64,000 nucleotides of DNA from NCBI RefSeq assembly GCF_040938485.1, contig NW_027272246.1, forward strand, positions 124,001 through 188,000. The letters run 5' to 3'. Under the pieces are notes generated by a model. The model was not told the DNA's origin. It worked only from the letters and a program-made list of their open reading frames with translations, and did no database searches. This DNA is from Diadema antillarum. Its lineage: Eukaryota. This document shows positions 60,964 through 64,000 of the stretch, piece by piece. Both the position numbers and the translations under genes were made by a program. Each line of letters starts with the position of its first letter. The stretch's first letter is position 1.

Positions 60964-62310
60964 ATGGCATTGGTCGCGTTTTCTACGTTCACAAGTATTC
61001 AACTGGTAATGCTAATATCGTATTTGGAAAGAGCGGGGAGCAGTCAAACTATTTACAACGCCTCGAAATCAACCGGTGACGATATTGATAGTATATTTTG
61101 GAAAACCATCCAAACTGAGTCGTATGATGATACGATGTTTGAAGCAGTAGACGTTACAACGCGGAGCCCTGGAGGAAGCTTCGGGAGCAGACACCGTTGG
61201 ACGACGCCAGTTGGAGGGCAATTGTCTTCAAAAGTGGTGTTTCAGAACTTTGTGGTGCCTCCCACTGACGGATTTTGGTCTGATATCAGCCCCATTCCCA
61301 ACGTTAAGACGTTGCCTGGATGGTCCTGGCAAGCCGTAGTGTGGTCGTGGTGGTTGATTCTCCAGATGTTTACTGCCATACTGGGTATTGTGGGCAATTC
61401 CCTGGTGATCATCGTCCTTTTCATCAGAAGAGAGCTTAGTCGCCCCACAGACACGCTGGTTGGTGCTCTGGCTGCGGCGGATCTGCTTGCGTCCGTCTTT
61501 ATGATACCACTCCCGCAAGCACTAACAGTCCCTACTTCATTTCTTGGACAGGTGTACTGCAAAGTTGTGCACTCCTCTATGTTTCTTTGGGTGTCATTTG
61601 AAGCCTCCACCTACACCCTAACGGCCATAGCTGTGGAAAGGTACATCGCTGTGGCTTATCCTTTCCAGTTTAAGAATTTAGTAACTCGGAAGCGGGTCAC
61701 CATCGTAATTATAGCGAATTGGATCCTGGGGTTCATGATCACGTCTTACATATTCAAATCCGCAATGCTTGATAACTCCACAAATCACTGCGCTCCGGCG
61801 TTCCTTTCTAAAGACGTCCAAATGCTCATCGGAACAAATTTGTTCCTAATGAACTTTCTGTTACCCGCCTTGGTATCACTAACCATGCAGGCACTGACGG
61901 TACACGTCCTGTACCGACAATCCCTGGTATTCCGTAAAGTGGGCAATCGAGAAGACCGATCGAATCCGACGACTAGACATTTAGAAGCCAGGAAACGCGT
62001 CTTACAGATGCTATTTATTGTGATTCTCGTCTTCATTGTGTGTTGGGGTCCATCGCAGTGTTTTTATTTTGTCTTTAACCTAGGGTTGCTGCCAGACTCA
62101 TACTTGTTTAGCCCCTTACAGAAGGCATTAGTTGTTCTTTCCTTTGGCAACTCCTGTGCAAACCCGATCATCTACACCATACGTTACCCAGAGTTCCGCT
62201 CGGCAATAGGAGAGCTGTTTTCTTCGAAGAAAGGAAAGACTAAGGCAGCATTATTCAGTGAGAGGACAGAGGGAACAATGGTAAAATCTGTTAATAGCAT
62301 TCATGCCTAA
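60964..62310 (+). CDS. Class A (rhodopsin-like) GPCR, galanin/allatostatin-A receptor-like, 448 aa, uninterrupted CDS
   Basis: Seven hydrophobic helices with GNSLVIIV (TM1), LAAADLL (TM2), YC and IAVERY (TM3), CWGP (TM6) and NSCANPIIY (TM7). Hydrophobic N-terminus and long Ser/Thr-rich ectodomain. Confidence 0.92.
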   Translation: MALVAFSTFTSIQLVMLISYLERAGSSQTIYNASKSTGDDIDSIFWKTIQTESYDDTMFEAVDVTTRSPGGSFGSRHRWTTPVGGQLSSKVVFQNFVVPPTDGFWSDISPIPNVKTLPGWSWQAVVWSWWLILQMFTAILGIVGNSLVIIVLFIRRELSRPTDTLVGALAAADLLASVFMIPLPQALTVPTSFLGQVYCKVVHSSMFLWVSFEASTYTLTAIAVERYIAVAYPFQFKNLVTRKRVTIVIIANWILGFMITSYIFKSAMLDNSTNHCAPAFLSKDVQMLIGTNLFLMNFLLPALVSLTMQALTVHVLYRQSLVFRKVGNREDRSNPTTRHLEARKRVLQMLFIVILVFIVCWGPSQCFYFVFNLGLLPDSYLFSPLQKALVVLSFGNSCANPIIYTIRYPEFRSAIGELFSSKKGKTKAALFSERTEGTMVKSVNSIHA

Positions 62311-62789
62311 GCGTTGATTATGTAATGTCGCGTAAAACTATGAATCTATATCTTAATTATATATGAAGAGTTTTATTGCAAAAAGAGCTAAGCACCATTT
62401 TTTAAACATTTCAAAGTAAGTCCATCATCAGATAGAGCAAGATTAAACCTTTCCAGTAATTCCTCACATGTGACATAGCAAGGAATATTTTAGAAGTTAT
62501 GATTAACATATCCTGTATTCTGTTATTATTTTCAGCAGCTTAAATCACAAAAATGATATCTCAACTTATCAAGAATGGAGATCGTTTGCTATAAAACTCT
62601 TAATATATAGATTGTAGATATATGATATATATGAGGAATATCTTCTAGATGTGTTGTCACTTTATATTTACGATTTTTCCTTTTTCTTCTTCTTTTTTGG
62701 CAAGCGTCGTTTAAATGTAGTAACAATATTCTTCGTGCATTGCAAAGTAGTTAAGATTAGTTTCCATCGTTGTTGAAGAGGTTATTTCG

Positions 62790-63222
62790 TGCAAGATGGT
62801 GGTATCCGATTATTGTGCCGGGCACCTGCGATCAATAAATCCAATAAACATTTATTTTGGAGGTACTTTTGTATGCCCTCAAGATTGCATTCCAACACAA
62901 GATTCAAAAACCTTCCCCAGATAGGATGTATAAATTTTCTTCTCTTCTGTTGAGTCTATAGAGCTAAATTTGAGCAATGAACATAATTGAGTTCAGGCAA
63001 CTTGCAAGATACGGAAATGTCGTGTAAGGTGGTGATATCCCTTTATTGTGTCCGCAACTATGATCAATAAATCTAATTAACATTCATTTTGGAGGTACTG
63101 TTTATACGATCAAGATTGCTTTCAAATATGAGACTCAAAACCTTCCCCAGAAGTGTTATACGACTTATCTTTCATGTGGAGGCTAGAGCTAAATTTGAGC
63201 AATGTAACTAATTGAGTTCAAA
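62790..63222. repeat. Diverged tandem dimer, ~232-bp period
   Basis: GATCAATAAATC at 62830 and 63062. TTTTGGAGGTACT, AAAACCTTCCCCAGA and TAGAGCTAAATTTGAGCAATG also repeat with similar spacing. Confidence 0.8.
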
Positions 63223-64000
63223 CCACACACAAAGATAAGCATCATGCCAGATTTTACACCTGAAGGTTAGCAGCACAACATGTTAATACTCAGTATCCGT
63301 AACCCTACCCACAATATGTTATCGTGTTATCGTAGGCAATGCTGTTTTTATGACAATTTCATAAAATTCCATGTCATAGTTTGGAATATTAGGCTGGATT
63401 ATATGTACGCATTTTTTGTGGACTCGCATATTATAATATCCACATATATATATTTCATGCGCAACATTCAACCTATACTCAGTAGAAATCCACTTCTTCT
63501 TGCGTGTTCAGATATTTGTGCGTTGTAACGGTTAGTTTGCAAAATATGATTTCAGTCCTTAAATTTTCGTTCAGTAACCCACCTGAGCTTTTTGCACTCA
63601 TCCTCATAAATGTGTTTTATTCTGCATTTTCAGACTAGCTGGGTTGTAAGGCTCTAGATTCTCTGTTCAATACCTTTTGTACTCAATACTTTCAGACATG
63701 TGCAATAATTGTAAAACTGAAGGTCTGTAAAAACAAAGAGTTCCCTTATTTCCTCCTTGTTCTTCTAATATTTTCTTCTGATCCCAATATACCAATGTGC
63801 GCGAAATAACAGTTGAATTTAACAATATTATGATAATATTATGCTTCCTAATTTGATTCTTACAATGCCTTTTTGTGAGCGATCTATTACATGTATATTG
63901 ACCTCTATAAGAACAGGTCGATAAGGCGTGTATTTGTACGTGATTTACCTTCAAATGTGCTTAAGGCTCTTCTGTAGCAATCGTCGAGAAAACTGTCCAA

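Overview
AT-rich, intron-containing animal genomic DNA from a gapped scaffold (N runs at 8594-8721 and 36295-36617). Gene content and repeat style suggest an invertebrate deuterostome, probably an echinoderm/sea urchin (inference). Five protein-coding loci were reconstructed by hand from splice sites. (1) A multi-exon sushi/CCP-domain gene on the minus strand (~3258-11248, apparently continuing left of the window), with 27-nt micro-exons and one broken CCP exon. (2) A 3-exon GPR161 orthologue (minus, 17979-21354). (3) An 11-coding-exon mitochondrial methionyl-tRNA synthetase, MARS2 (plus, 30276-42181). (4) A 4-coding-exon mitochondrial ribosomal protein L2, MRPL2 (plus, 50245-54984), whose second coding exon has a net +1 frameshift. 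(5) A single-coding-exon galanin/allatostatin-receptor-like class A GPCR (plus, 60964-62310). Non-coding DNA is dense in non-autonomous transposons: a 2.5-kb TTAA-flanked Kolobok-like element with an internal ~213-bp tandem array, a 768-bp foldback hairpin, Harbinger-like and other MITEs, Helentron-associated (HINE/Tsp-like) elements, and two 5'-truncated LINE ends (RTEX-like and RTE-like). No rRNA, tRNA or CRISPR array was found. The most notable candidates are the foldback hairpin lying between the predicted branch point and 3' splice site of the MARS2 leader intron, a uORF-bearing MARS2 leader exon, the promoter/first-exon cargo and CTCF-like array of the Kolobok-like element, and an 85-nt fully pairable intronic hairpin.
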